Counted from the first letter of the stretch, positions 12,465 to 27,863 are shown. The stretch: DNA of 64,000 bases from Octopus sinensis (GCF_006345805.1 NW_021833420.1:11637-75636); one strand, 5' to 3'. Notes: generated by a model from the sequence alone, not told the origin. Translations and numbers: made by a program.

Positions 12465-15413
12465 TGTGTCTGTGTTGGCCGTCCCCAACATCGCTTGACA
12501 ACCGATGCTGGTGTGTTTACATCCCCCGTAACTTAGCGGTTCGGCAAAAAGAGACCGACAGAATAAGTACTAGGCTTACAAAGAATAAGTCCTGGGGTCG
12601 ATTTTCTTGACTAAACGCTGTGCTCCAGCATGGCCACAGTTAAATGACTAAAGCAAATATAAAGATTAAAGAATAAAAAGTATATCTATGCATAATTCGA
12701 TATACATTAGTAAAGACAAGTTTAACACAATAAAGTAAGGCGTAATATCTTCATTAACGTCGCCACTGAATTTAGGACGTTTATATTACTTATGAGGTAT
12801 TCATGTTTATGACATATTTAAACAAATTTATTCAAGTAATAATTTTATCAAAGCTAATTCACATTAAGGACGAAACTGCTTTTTTTTCTGTTTTTGAAAG
12901 TTTAGGAATATTCTTTGTTCATTACTCAAGTTTTTGTCAGTAAATTGGGTACGAAGACGATTTTTTGCATAATTCAATTTTTTGAAAAATTGCTCACATT
13001 GATATGTTGTCGAGAAGAGATATGCGAATTTTAAGGCATTTTTATGTAAAGCAGGTAATTTCTCAAGATTGATAGATTTGTAGAAGTCTAATAAAGACAG
13101 ATTATAATACTTCGATTTTATTAAGTTATCCGACTTAATAAAATCAATTAATTCTCATTGTAATGAATCTGGAGCCTCTTCAGGACACACAACAAAAGGT
13201 GTTTCAAAAACACGTAGCTCGATTTTATCTTGTATTTCTTCAAATCTACTTTCAAATTTCTTCAAAAGACTTTCACACTCGTCAGAATGTTCCTTTACTG
13301 ATTCGGTATTTTGCTCACTCAATTTCGGAAATTGTGTGAAGCACTTTCTTTTCACATGTGTGACAAATAAAGAAAGCTTTTGATATAAGCAAACTGACTG
13401 TAGCCTTGTAGTTTCAAGTTCAAATGGTTTAAATGACTAGTTATACTAGTTATATTTACTAAAAATGCTAAACCACTTCGAGACTTTTCATCTTCTAGTC
13501 CTATAATAGGAACACCTTTAATATCTATAAAAAATTTCACTTCTTCCTTCAGTTTATAAAATCGCTAAAGCATTTAGGCCTTACTTAACCACTTAATTTT
13601 ACAATGGTACAATAAATCCCCATATTCGGCTTCAAGATTTTTCAAAAATTCTTTAAATTCCCTATTATTCAACCCTTTGCTTTTTATCAAATTGACGGCT
13701 TTAGTTACAATTTTCATTACATTGCCCATCTTGGAAGATTTTGCACATAAAATTTCCATATGAACAAAGCGGTGACACAAAGTTTCCGGATCCAAAAGAC
13801 GCTTCTTAAATTCATTCCTAATCACAGTCACGAACCCTTTTTCACGACCTACCATAGATGGAGTGTCATCTGTAGCAAGACCACTCATTTTGTCATACGG
13901 TAAATCAAAATCCTTTAAGGCTGAGTCGACCATATGAAATAAATAGTCACCTCTAGTTGTTCTATGCATTAACTTCAAGGCGAGTAATTCTTCCCGAATG
14001 TTGAATTTTGCAATTTTTCCACGTATAAATATTGCCATCTAAGCAGTATGAGACAGATCAGTTGTCTCATCAATAGCTAATGAATGCAATATGAATTCTG
14101 CTGGATCAGATTTTAAAGAATTTCGAATGTCATCAGCAATATCTTTAATACGATCAGAAACAGTTCTTCTTGATAAGCTAATATTTCCAAACACTAAATT
14201 TTTCTGGGCATATATTCTGAACAGCAGTAAGGATACATTCTTTCAGGAATTCACCATTGCTGTGTGGTTTGAATATTTTAGCAATATTTTCGCATACCGC
14301 ATAAGTAGCTCGAGTTACTGATTCAGTTTCAAGAATCGGCTTTTAAAAAAAGCTTGTCTTTTGGACAGATTTCTTTCAAGAAAGCTATTTTGTTCAAACG
14401 CTCAGATTCTTTCATAGGTCTTATGCTTACTCACAAAATGTCTCTCAATATTATATTTTTTAATGAACGGCTTCTTGTTCGTTGCAAATAAGACAAATGC
14501 ACTTGTTAACTATTTCGATGAAAAAAATAAAGCTCTGCCCATTTTTCATTTAAACAAAGCTCGTTCACCAGCATTTCCTTGTTTAGGATTTTTTATAACC
14601 GCCTGCCATATTGACAAGGATATCGAAAATCTGATTTAACAAAGTCAACAAAGTTAAAAACCGGTCGAATTTATATTATTACTTTCGGAATTTTAATTAT
14701 TACCGCTTCCTGACAAAAGCGTAGTTGTAATGCATGCGTTCAGTGTTGTAAAACAGTAAAAAATGAAAATCTGCAAAAAATTAAGATATTTCATGGTTCA
14801 GCAAGGCTTAACTTGATTTTTCTCTCTCCCTTGCCAATAAAGGTGTTGACAAGCGGGTGAGTAGGAAAGGGCGATAACTGATAGGTCGATGGTAGATGAA
14901 AGTAACTCCTGTTGACCTTCTTGACACTGGCTGATAGCAAAACTGCAACACCCCTTTCGAAAACAGTTATTTTTTATTGCTTTTTCAGAAAAAGAAAAGT
15001 TGGTAATATGTTTTTATAATCCTGTTCACAAAGCACTAAATTTGTAGTTTCTGTTTCGATTAAGCTTTGCCAATTTGTTTTTAATTTTTAATAGAGTTTT
15101 AGACATTTTTTTGCTTATCGACACACAGAAAGACAGTGTGTGTCGATTTCGGAGATTTTTTTTTATATGTTTTGTAGTAAAAACAAAATTTCCACTAAAT
15201 TGGTGATTACTGGACGATTTCTGTTCGAGTCTCATCGTTTTAAGTCGTTGTTGAAATCCGAACTATGTCGCAAACAGGTATACCAGTATTTTATAAATCT
15301 TATAATTGAAAAATTTACTTTATTTTGTACATACAAGTATATCAGCCTGCGGGTACAATAAAATGGGCTCGCAGGCACAATTGTACCCGTAGGCGAGGGT
15401 TTCCCCACCCCTG
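12169..15413 (-). mobile_element. full-length degenerate hAT DNA transposon (GTF2IRD2/SPIN/Charlie-like transposase) with 8-bp TSD
   Basis: TIRs catgagtggagaaac (12169) and ggtttccccacccctg (to 15413); identical ATCTAAAT flanks at 12161-12168 and 15414-15421. Transposase fragments at about 13100-14610: AIDETTD, GLATDDTPSMVG, CHRFVHMEILCAK, LLYHCKIKWLSK. Confidence 0.92.
12256..12680 (+). mobile_element. octopus tRNA-derived SINE (OK-type) nested in the hAT element
   Basis: ggcgcaggagtggc...gggttcagtc head, internal (TA)n, and tail ccagcatggccacagttaaatgact...aaagaataaaa. Confidence 0.85.
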
Positions 15414-15795
15414 ATCTAAATCATCCCAGCCGTGATCATTCAGTTATTTTGATTTTTGGGTGGTGGTGTCAGTGAGTGTAATTGACAACTGCATCACCTA
15501 ATGAGTCCTTTTCTATTTATAGACGGTAAGATGTGATTCTCAGAAAAGTGGTTGCACATGGAACGAAGACGCCTATAGTGGCTCGTTTACTAGGATCTGT
15601 TTTTTTTTTGTATTTTCGTTTGCCGTCTAGTTTCACACACACGCATACACATACTCGCACGCGTACGCACACATACACACACACATGCACACACACGCGC
15701 GCACATGCTGACGCTTACACACACGTACACGCGCACGCTAATACACTCACACGCATACATGTGCACGCACACGCATATATAAACACACACGCATG

Positions 15796-15827
<32 letters not shown>

Positions 15828-15912
15828 CTAGTATGATTTGAGTAATATTTGGTTGCATTTTCTAGCAAATCGAACAAGTTCGGACATTGTGAGTTATTTG
15901 AATTAACAAGTA

Positions 15913-15942
<30 letters not shown>

Positions 15943-15948
<6 letters not shown>

Positions 15949-17117
15949 GTATAGTAAAAAATTATACGCACTCTTGATATTCTCAATATATTTACACAAA
16001 TGTAGGGATAAACAAGTACGTCATTTTTCTACATAGTCTCCCTCGTTTTCGATGCCCTTAGTCCTGCAGTCCACAAACTTGTGTATTCACTCCAAGAAGG
16101 TTGGGCATGCAACCATTTATGCACCGCTTCCTCCACATCTTCATCTGTAGGATATCGACGAACTCGTAAACCATCATTGCGCGGTCCAAAGATATGATAT
16201 TTGGAAGGGGCGAGATCTGGGCTATAGGCAGGGTGTTCCAGTACCTCAAAACCTAATTGGTTAATGGTTTCAACGGTCTGGGCAGCTGTGAGTGGGCATT
16301 TTCATGTAACAACAAAGCATTCTTTGACAATAGACTTCGGCGTTTGGTTGCGAATTGCTGGCTTCAGTTTGATAGCCAGCAAAGCACTGTATCTTGCACT
16401 GTTGATCGTACACCCCTTTTCCAAGGGTACATCCTTTTTCGTCAAAAAAGGGTTAGCCTCACTTTTCCTGCGGAAGACTGAATCTTGAATGCCTTCGTCG
16501 CTGGCGATCCAGGATGTTTCCACTCCATACTCTGTCTTTTGGATTTTGCCTCAAAAGGATGGACCCACGTTTCATCTCCTGTGACTATTCGGCTTAAAAA
16601 TTCCTCGTCCTCTTTGTAGTAGCGATCGAGTAAACATTGACAGACCTCAAAACGTTTGCGCTTTAGCTCTGCAGTAAGCTCTCTTGGCACCCACTTGCAC
16701 AGACTTTATGGAAGCCGAGCTCATCGTGGATGATTTGATAGGCAGAACTATGACTAATCTGCAGAGAACGAGCTACCTCAGCGATGATAAATCGCCGGTT
16801 CACCATTACTATCTCTCGAGCTTGCTGAATCTTCTCGTCAGTGGTGGAGGATGGCAGGTTCCGATGAATTTCTGCAACTGACACACCTTCCGACCAGAGA
16901 AATCGGATCACTGCTCTTTGTTCTTCTTCGGCGCACATTGCTAGTGGGGCGACCATACTTACACTGTAAAGCCAGAAAGAAGAATGGAGCAATCAGATTC
17001 AAACTTCGATCACGTGGCAGGAATAAATCTAACTATAAGCACGCATGCGCAGAAGGCAGTGTGACAATAATAAAAATATGTTATGGCAAAAGTGCGGATA
17101 ATATTTGACTTCCCCTC

Positions 17118-17120
<3 letters not shown>
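15943..17120 (-). mobile_element. complete-length mariner with frameshifted transposase
   Basis: Imperfect about 30-bp TIRs (tacgagg...ttatacgcact / agtgcggataat...cccctcgta); QRAVIRFL, W.PREL, IVTGDETWVH, PYSPDLAP-like motifs. Confidence 0.92.
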
Positions 17121-17171
<51 letters not shown>

Positions 17172-17176
<5 letters not shown>

Positions 17177-17563
17177 TAAGGAAAAATTTTTTTTTAAATG
17201 CAGAATGCTCAAATGAAAGAAAATTTTAATAAAATGAGAAATTGATAAAATATATAAATATATATTTATTCAACCGGTTTTCGTCATTGTATGACTTGTC
17301 AAGAATATTTATGTTTTAAAAAGTTTTTTTTGAATTTTATCATTATTCTTTTACAAAAAACAATGCAATTTTCTTTTTTTCATTTTTTCCCCTTTCTAAT
17401 TTTTAAAAAAACTTTTTAAAACATAAATATTCTTGACAAGTCATACAATGACGAAAACCGGTTGAATAAATATATATTTATATATTTTATCAATTTCTCA
17501 TTTTATAAAAATTTTCTTTCATTTGAGCATTCTGCATTTAAAAAAAAATTTTTCCTTACTTAT
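17172..17563. repeat. foldback palindrome: 159-bp inverted arms with 74-bp spacer, each arm containing a hammerhead-like motif
   Basis: 17172-17330 is the reverse complement of 17405-17563 with about 1 mismatch; (TA)n on both flanks. Confidence 0.9.
17428..17468 (+). ncRNA. minimal type-I hammerhead-like motif (U3/A8 core); mirror copy at 17267-17307 (-)
   Basis: TATTC-TTGACAA-GTCAT aca ATGAC-GAAA-ACCGGT-T-GAATA; has one extra A relative to canonical GAAAC. Confidence 0.55.
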
Positions 17564-17610
17564 CATTTCTCCACGTGCGGTCAACACAACCCCACCATTT
17601 ATTGAACTAT

Positions 17611-17642
<32 letters not shown>

Positions 17643-17905
17643 ACCCTCTGCATGCTAAATTCCAGTTTCAGTCGAAAATCACTACGATTGTGAATAAAAG
17701 GCTCCCTCAGTTAATTCATCTGAAGATTAACCAGTTATTTAACAAGGCTCATATTTGTGGCGCTAATGTTGGAGATAGTATTCAGGATATTTTCGATAAA
17801 TAGTCTCCCATGGCCGCAGTCAAATGACTAAAACATATAAAAGAATAAAAGTATACATATACTTAAGCGCTCGCACAGACACATGCACAAACGCGCGCGC
17901 ACATG

Positions 17906-17942
<37 letters not shown>

Positions 17943-18348
17943 ACACATACACACACACACAAAACACACTATCCGTTCCGGTTGTTTGTATTTGAGTTCA
18001 AATACTGCTAAGGTCAACTTTCTCTTTCATTTCGTGTAGGCTAAAACAATGTACTAGTCAAGTACTAGTAGCTGTGATATCGACTGCTCTCTCCACACAA
18101 AATTGCTGGTCTTGTATCTAAATTAGAAACCATTATCTTCCCTATTCCTCTTACCCTCAATCTCATTCGCTCACATTTCCCATCTTCCAGTCTTTTTTTC
18201 TCACCTATTCCTCTCTGATTTACTCCGACTTTCTTCACTTTCGTCTCGTAATCTTTCACTCGTTGTTTTATCCCAACCGCCGCCTGTCCTGTCCGTGTTT
18301 ATTTGTTTCGTTTCTGTCCCAATTTTTGAAAAATAAAATAGAATAAAT

Positions 18349-20141
<1,793 letters not shown>

Positions 20142-20146
20142 GAATA

Positions 20147-20220
<74 letters not shown>

Positions 20221-21136
20221 TAATAATAATAATGATATTAATGATAATAATAATAAAATTGTAATAGTTTATTTTGTTGTTGATTCAGAGGGCGCCAGTG
20301 TGACTAGGTCTGATCTGAAAATATTTGTTTTTCTTTTGACTTCGATGTTAAAACTTACTTCTGGCTTTTCACCACCAAGTTGTGATGTGGAGGTGTTTAG
20401 TGCGTGCGTGCGTGTGTGTGTATATGTGTGTGTGTGTGTGAACGTGTGTGCGCGCGTGCGTTTATGAGTGTGTGCACGTGTGCGTGTGTGTGAATGTGAA
20501 TGCTCGTGTGCGTGTGCGAAGGAGAGAGAGAGAGAGAAATAGAGAGAGTGTATGGATAATGGAAGAGGAGTGGGGGTAGGAAGATGTGAAGACTTGCGAT
20601 TTGGTTGGCAGCAAGGAATTCTCAGCGAAAAATGCCAAAATGGTTTTCATAAATAAAAAGAAAACCCCAAAGTATCAGGAAACAAGAAACGAAAACAGAA
20701 ATCGAAAAAAGGGACACAAAGACATAGATTTTAAGGAAGAATTATAAGTCAATATAAATGGTAGAACGACAAAATGAATAAATGAATGAAAATAGATATT
20801 TGAATGAATGAAAGAATTAAAACATGAGTGAAAGAATTACAGAAAGAGTCTGTACTCCCCAACAACAACAACATCAGCAACACCAGCAGCAACAACAAAA
20901 ACGACATGAATAACAACAACAACAACACAATACTGCACACATTTCAAAGAATGTAGCAGGTGTGCTGTTGAAATTTGCCTGAAACTATCAAATGCCAAAT
21001 AATAATAACTTTTTCTACTATAGGCACAAGGCCTGACATTTTAAAGGGAGTAGTGAGTCAATTACATCGACTTCCTCAAAAAAACTGCTCGCCCCGTGAC
21101 AAAATTACTATTATTATTATTATTATTATTATTATT

Positions 21137-21626
21137 GAGTGAGAGAGCAGTTCATGCCATCAAAGTGACACTGGGGTAAAATATACGAAGCCCAATATAC
21201 CCATCATGACTACCCGTCTGATAAGGGTACACCAGGAACATGCATCACAACCATATGTGCGCGACATGGTGATCTCATATCAAGGTAAACAACGCATGAA
21301 CTTGCAGATGGAGCCTAGTTAGAATTTTCTTCAGGTTGAGTAGCCCATCCCGCTATGATGCTCCCCCACTACTTCTGCTCGTGATCAGAGATGCACATAT
21401 CGTCAGCCATTAAGGGACATGGTCAACTGGTTAAGGTCAAACAACTGACAAGCAAATCTGTGGTATTGAGCAGAATATTTGCTGTAGCCCATCTTTTATA
21501 CCAAGACAAAACAATGTACATCATGACACTTCCAATCAGTTAAGATCAGAAGCCATGAGAGCCACTGCCTGGTACTGCATCAGGGCATTGCTCCCCCACT
21601 ACTTCTGCTCGTGATCAGAGATGCAC

Positions 21627-21697
<71 letters not shown>

Positions 21698-22250
21698 CTT
21701 CCTAATACAGTGTAGGTAAAAATGCACCGGAGTCTTTAGTCATCAGACAGATAATACTTTCCTTAAGGCGTGCGCTGTACCCAACAAGGCTGATTTTTGC
21801 AAGACATCAATCTTGCATGGGATTTCCAGTTGTTTTAAGAAGACTTGAAGTATCACTTTTACATTACCTCTCGCAATCCATACAGTCTTGCCATTTCCAC
21901 TTTCAATTCGGAATACTTGGTGATTTTTTCAACCTCTTTACTCACAATAATCATGTCATTTGGTATGGCTAAATTAATGATCTGATAGTATGTGAATTAC
22001 CCAAACCCCAAAGAATTACTCTTAACACATGGCTATGATGCTCCCCCACTACTTCTGCTCGTGATCAGAGATGCACATCTCGTCAGCCACTGAGGTGACA
22101 TACACAAATTGTTAAGGTCAAACAACTGACAAGCAAATCTGTGGCATTGAGCAGAATATTTGTTGTAGCCCATATTTTATACCAAGACAAAACAATGTAC
22201 ATGATAACACTTCCAATCAGTTAAGATGAGAAGCCATAAAAGCCACTGCT
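21137..22250. mobile_element. non-coding repeat embedded in (ATT)n arrays (21137-21628 and partial 21980-22250), plus an inverted Dong 3' fragment at 21697-21910
   Basis: The same gagtgagagagcag...gcatcaggg sequence recurs at 23938-24480; 21697-21910 encodes LQKSALLGTAH.LRKVLSV on the minus strand. Confidence 0.7.
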
Positions 22251-22345
22251 TATCGATAAAAGAAGTATCAGTTGAACACTGGGTTCGATGTAATCAACTC
22301 ATCCACACCTTTCTCAACCTGCCATTGTGACAAAAATTTGTATCA

Positions 22346-22955
22346 TTCTGGCAGAATCTTTAGCGCGTCGGAGGAAATGCTTAGCGGTATTTCACCCGTT
22401 GCTACGTACTGAGTTTTATATTCCGCCGAGGTCGACTTTGCTTTTTATCTTTTCGGTGTCGACAAACTGAGTACCAGTGAAACACTGGGTGTCGATGTAA
22501 TCGACTACGCCCTCCCTCAAAATTTCACGTATTGTGCCTATTGTCGAAAGGATTAATATTTTTATACTGGCAGAATCGTTAGCACGCCGGGCGAAATGCG
22601 TAGCCGTATTTCGTCTGCCGTTACGTTCTGAGTTCAAATTCCGCCGAGGTCGACTTTGCCGTTCATCCTTTCGGGGTCGATTAAATAAGTACTAGTTATG
22701 CACTGGTGTCGATGTAATCGACTTAATCCGTGTATCTGTCCTTGTTTGTCCCCTCTGTGTTTAGACCCTTGTGGGTAGTAAAGAAATAGGTATTTCGTCT
22801 GCCGTTACGTTCTGAGTACAAATTCCGTCACGATCAACCTTGCCCTACATCCTTTCCGGGTCGACAAATTAAATACCAGTAAAACACTGGGTGTCGATGT
22901 AATCGACTAGTCCCCTCCCACCAAATTATAGGCCTTGTGCATATAGTAGAAAGGA

Positions 22956-22960
<5 letters not shown>
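22346..22960 (+). mobile_element. tandem octopus tRNA-derived SINEs (OR-type)
   Basis: ctggcagaatcgttagcacgccgggcgaaatgcgtagcc...gagttcaaattccgccgaggtcgac heads, with tails ending agaaaggatc-(ATT)n. Confidence 0.85.
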
Positions 22961-22991
<31 letters not shown>

Positions 22992-22993
<2 letters not shown>

Positions 22994-23824
22994 TAGTTTT
23001 ATTTTTATAGCGTGCTTTCACTTCACTACCGAGCGCAGCTCTGTGTGCCTTGGGTATGTGCTGTGATTTGTTGTGATGCTTTGATGGTTATTGTATGGAA
23101 AGTGTTCTGCGTAGGATGTGTGCAGTGCCTAGTAGTGCAATTTTCTGTATGTTATATGTGTTTGTAAGTCCTGGTGTTTTTGTTATGTATTTGTCTGAAT
23201 ATTTTTTTATCATGCCTAATGCACCTACTATGATAGGAATTGTTTCTGTTTTCAGATTCCACATTCTAGTTACCTCTATTTCCAGGTCTTTGTATTTTGA
23301 GAGTTTCTACATTTCTTTTAGAGACACGTTGTCATCAGCCGGTATTGATACATCAATTAGAAAGCATTTTTTTTCTTCATGGTCTCTGACAACTATATCT
23401 GGTCTGTTGGCCTTAATTTCTCTATCTGTGTGTATCGGCATATCCCAGAGTATGGTTGCTTTCTCGTTTTCTGTGACCTTTTCTGGTGTGTGCCTATACC
23501 ATCTTTTTTCTGTTGTTATTCCATAATGTTGGCATAGCTTCCAATGTATGTAGGTTCCAACTCTGCCATGTCTGTGAATATATTCCTTCTTAGCCAGGAC
23601 TGGGCAGCTAGAGATAATATGATTTATTGTTTCTTGTCCATCTCCACATATTCTGCAGTTACTTGTTATATTTCTTTTCATTACATGTTTTTGGTAATTT
23701 CTGGTGGGGAGGCTTTGGTCTTGTGCTGCGATTAAAAATCCCTCTGTCTCTGCTTTGAGTCCTGAACTTCTCAACCATTGCTGGGATTTTTCTTTGTCTA
23801 TTTCTTTTGCGTTTAGTTTAGTCC

Positions 23825-23904
<80 letters not shown>

Positions 23905-24801
23905 CATTGTTGTTATTATTATTATTGTTATTATTATTGAGTGAAAGAGCAGTGCATGCTATCAAAGTGACACTAGGGTAAAGTATACGAAACGCAGAAT
24001 AGCCATCGTGACTACCCATCTGATAAGGATGCACCAGGCACATACATCACAACCATATGTGCGTGACATAGCGATCTCTTGTCAAGGTAAACAACGCATG
24101 ACCTTGCAGGTGAGGTCCAGTCGAGTAGCCCATCCCGCTCAAAAGGTCCCTGAATAAGATTTGTTTAAGGATGATGAACGAAGCATCCATGTTTCCAGAG
24201 GTGAATTATTCAAACCCCAAAAGAATTCCTTTCAGCACATGGCTATGATACCCCCCTACTACTTCAGTTCGTGATCAGAGATGCATATATCGTCAACCAC
24301 TCAGGAACACTCTCAACTGATTAAGGTCAAACTACTGACAAGCAAATGTGTGACATTGAGATGAATATTTGCTGTAGCCCATCATTTATACTGAGAGAAA
24401 ACATGTACATAATAACACTTCCATTCAGTTAAGATGAAAAGCCATGAGAGTCAGTGCCTGGTATTGCATCAGGGCATGCAATCTATGGTACTGAGTAAAC
24501 TATTTTTTGTAGCCCACCTCGCATACCATGACAAAACATGAAAGTGGAAATGGCAAGACTGTATGGAATGCGAGAGGTAATGTAAAAGTGATACTTCAAG
24601 TCTTCTTAAAACAACTGGAAATCCCATGCAAGATTGATGTCTTGCAAAAATCAGCCTCGTTGGGTACAGCGCACACCCTAAGGAAAGTATTATCTGTCTG
24701 GGGTCTTTGTTATAACTAAGACAGATGACTAAAGACTTCGGTGCAGTTTTACCTACACTGTATTAGGAAGGAACAATAACAACAACAACAACAACAACAA
24801 C

Positions 24802-24841
<40 letters not shown>

Positions 24842-24863
24842 TAATAATAATAATATTATTATT

Positions 24864-24916
<53 letters not shown>

Positions 24917-27690
24917 GTTGTTGTTGTTGTTGTTGTTGTTGTATATATAGCCTTGCATCCTAGATCCTGTCATTATTTTTCTTGTTTTCCTGTCTATTTT
25001 GGTTAGTTCATTTAGTGTCCAGTTAAGGATATTGTAGCTGTAACTTATAACTGGGACGGCTAAAGTGTTAATACCTATTATCTTGTTTTTAGCAATGAGC
25101 CCTGTTTTTAGTATTGATCTAACTCGTCTATAGTATTCTTTCTTTATTTTCACTTTCATTTGTGCGTGTTGTATCATATTTAGCTCATGGATTCCAAAGT
25201 ATTTGTAAGTTTGGCTTTGGTCTAATTCTCTTATTTCATTGGCTTTATCTAGTGTGATGTTGCTACTCTTAACTAGTTTTCCTCTTTTCATGGTTACTTT
25301 GGCGCATTTTTCTAATCCAAATTTCATATCTATTTCTTTGGTAAATCCATGAACTGTCTGTAGTAGTGTTTCCAGCTGTTTGTCATTTGTAGCGTATAGT
25401 TTTAGGTCATTCATATATAAAAGGTGACTGATCGTTTTGCCACAACATTTGTATCCGCATCCAGTTCTATTTAGCATATCAGATAGAGGCGTCAGTGCTA
25501 AGCAGAAAAGGAGTGGAGAGAGCGTGTCTCCCTGGAATATTCCTCTTCTAATGGGGGTGGCTTTTTTTTCACGAGTACCTCTTTTTTTTGGAGCTGTAGT
25601 ACTGTCTGCCATTTATTCATAGAGTGTCTTATGTATTTTATAATTGTTGGTGCTACCTTGTTAATGGCTAGTGTTTCGAGGATCCACGTTTGTGGAGTGC
25701 TGTTAAACGCCTTTCGGTAGTCGATCCAGGCCATACTGAGGTCTTTCTTCTTTCTGTGGCTGTCTTCAGTTGTGGCTTTATTGATCATTAGTTGATCTTT
25801 ACAGCCATATGAGCCCTTACAGCATCCTTTCTGCTCTTCTGGAAACAGGTTGTTTTCGTCCAGATGCTTGCTCAATCTTTGCGATATTACTGCAGAAAAG
25901 GCTTTGTACATTGTAGGGAGACAGGTTATAGGTCTGAATTTTTGTGGTTTTGACGTTTCATTGGATTTGGGAATTAGGATGGTTTTCCCTTTCGTAAGCC
26001 AGTCAGGCATTGTCTCTGGCTCTGCTAGTATGTCGTTAAAGTTTTCAGTCAGCTTTTTGTGCATTCCTGTCTGATATTTCAACCAGAAGTTGGGAATCTT
26101 GTCGTGCTCAGGTGCCTTCCAGTTGCTTGGTCTTTGCAGTGCCTAGGTGACCTATTCAGTTGTTATGGGAGTCCAGAGTTGCTCAGGAGCTAAGTTTGTT
26201 GTTTTAATAGTCCTTTTCTGTGGTTGTTCATTCGCCGACCATATTTCTTTCTAAAATTCTTCCACTTCTTCTGCCGTTGGTGCTGCAGTGATGTCTATTT
26301 TATTTTTGCGAAGTTCTTGGTAGAACTTTTTGGGGTTGGAGTTGAACTGCTTGTTTTGTTCAAAGAAACGTTGGCGTTTCTCATACCAGCGGATCCTGTG
26401 TGATTTGGCAAGGATATCTTGCTTTAGCTTTTCTTTTATCTCAGGTAAATCTTTTTCTGTGATGTATTTGCACAGTATTTTTGTTTTCTTCTTGTTGCTT
26501 AGTAACGTTGATTGTCTGCTAATTTCGTTAAGAATCGACAGATCTTTTCTCATTTTTTGTATTTTAAGTTATTTATCCACAGGGTTTGTTTGGATGGTGG
26601 TACTCCTGTTTGGATGGGTTTGAGGGAGTATCCAGCTTCTTTTGTGGTGGCAGTGGCTGCTGCATATATTATGTCATTTAGCTCAGTGATATTGCTATTT
26701 GTTTCAGTGGCTATTAGTTCCGTGACGGCCAGATTTATGCTGTTTATTATTGATGTTGTTTTGTTGTCTAATTTGATTTTGGGGAGGTATGGTCAGTGGT
26801 CCATTCTGAGATCTGTGGTTTTCAGCTCTTTGATTATTCTAGTTTTTATAGCATCATAATCATTAGGTTCCCCTTCGTTGTTTCCATGTTTTAGATGTGT
26901 TTCGTCTTCTTTCTCATTCATATGTTTGTCTGTGGTGTTTTGTGCATTATTATGCATCCCTACGGTCTGGGTTAGTTGTTTTTTGTTTACTTCGTTTTTG
27001 TTGGAAATGTTACGTTTGTATTCGTGTTTTACTATCTCAGTGTTTATATTATTTGGTATTATTGTGTGGCTTCTATCTCCATTTTCCTGATGTATTTTTT
27101 TCTTTTAAATATTATATTTCTATTTCTGATATTTTTTTTTTTGCGTTGAAAATATATCTTCTTATGTTAGCTAGTTTATTAGGGTTCATTGCTGTATCCG
27201 AGTCTTTATTTAGGTTATTTTTCTTCCATATTTTATACGTATATGTTGTTGTGTTTTCGTTCTTTGGGTAGAGCACTGCTGTAAAGTAAGCGTGTAGGAT
27301 GGAAATATATTCCTCACGTGTCCATTTATGCCTTTTTGGTTTTATTTGCGGGACATGAGGAACAACGTCCGGCCCTTTATTTTGACGGTCATCATTTTCG
27401 TAGGGGACCGGTCCTTTCATTTCTGTTGTCACATTGTTTTGCATGTGTAGTTTTTCGTACTTTTTGTGTAACAAGTTTAAAGTACGCACTTCCCGATTGT
27501 TATTCTTAGGTTGAATAATACTGGTATTACTTAATTTATTTGTAATTTTTTTGTACATGGTGTTTGGGGCCGGAGATGGTCTGGTGTTGATGGATCGTAA
27601 TGTATCAAGCATGTTTACATATGCTGTACGGGAGGTGGAGATGATATCCAGTTAAAATACATAATTTCATTTGGAAAATAGTAATAAATT
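22992..27690 (-). mobile_element. near full-length Dong/R4 LINE, disrupted by insertions at about 23830-24940
   Basis: N-terminal Myb-like KRHKWTREEY (27612-27112); RT FRPITCL, QKGC..GSYGCKDQL, WIDYRKAF, RGIFQGDTLSPLLF, LLYMNDLKL; CCHC and REL at 23822-23100; 3' end abuts (ATT)n. Confidence 0.9.
23938..24775 (+). mobile_element. inserted block: non-coding (ATT)n-associated repeat (23938-24480) plus Dong 3' fragment (24528-24775)
   Basis: Matches 21137-21628; the 24528-24719 frame ends LQKSASLGTAHTLRKVLSV; followed by (CAA)n(TAA)n. Confidence 0.75.
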
Positions 27691-27863
27691 TCAATGAGTA
27701 TTACTTACTCGGATATAGTCCAATCCTTTGTCAGCTATGTTTTGGCTCCATGCGATGTCTTTATTTCCGATATTAGTGGATAGATTTCGGAGCACTGTTT
27801 TATCGCTCTCACATGTTAAATGTCCCCGGTGTCTTCTGTGTTAAACTTCCCCGGTGTCTTCTC

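Noticed and set aside
20315-20360. GTAAGT...TTTTCAG pair on the minus strand looking like a 44-nt intron
   Set aside because: Flanking sequence gives no coherent coding exon; likely chance in AT-rich DNA.
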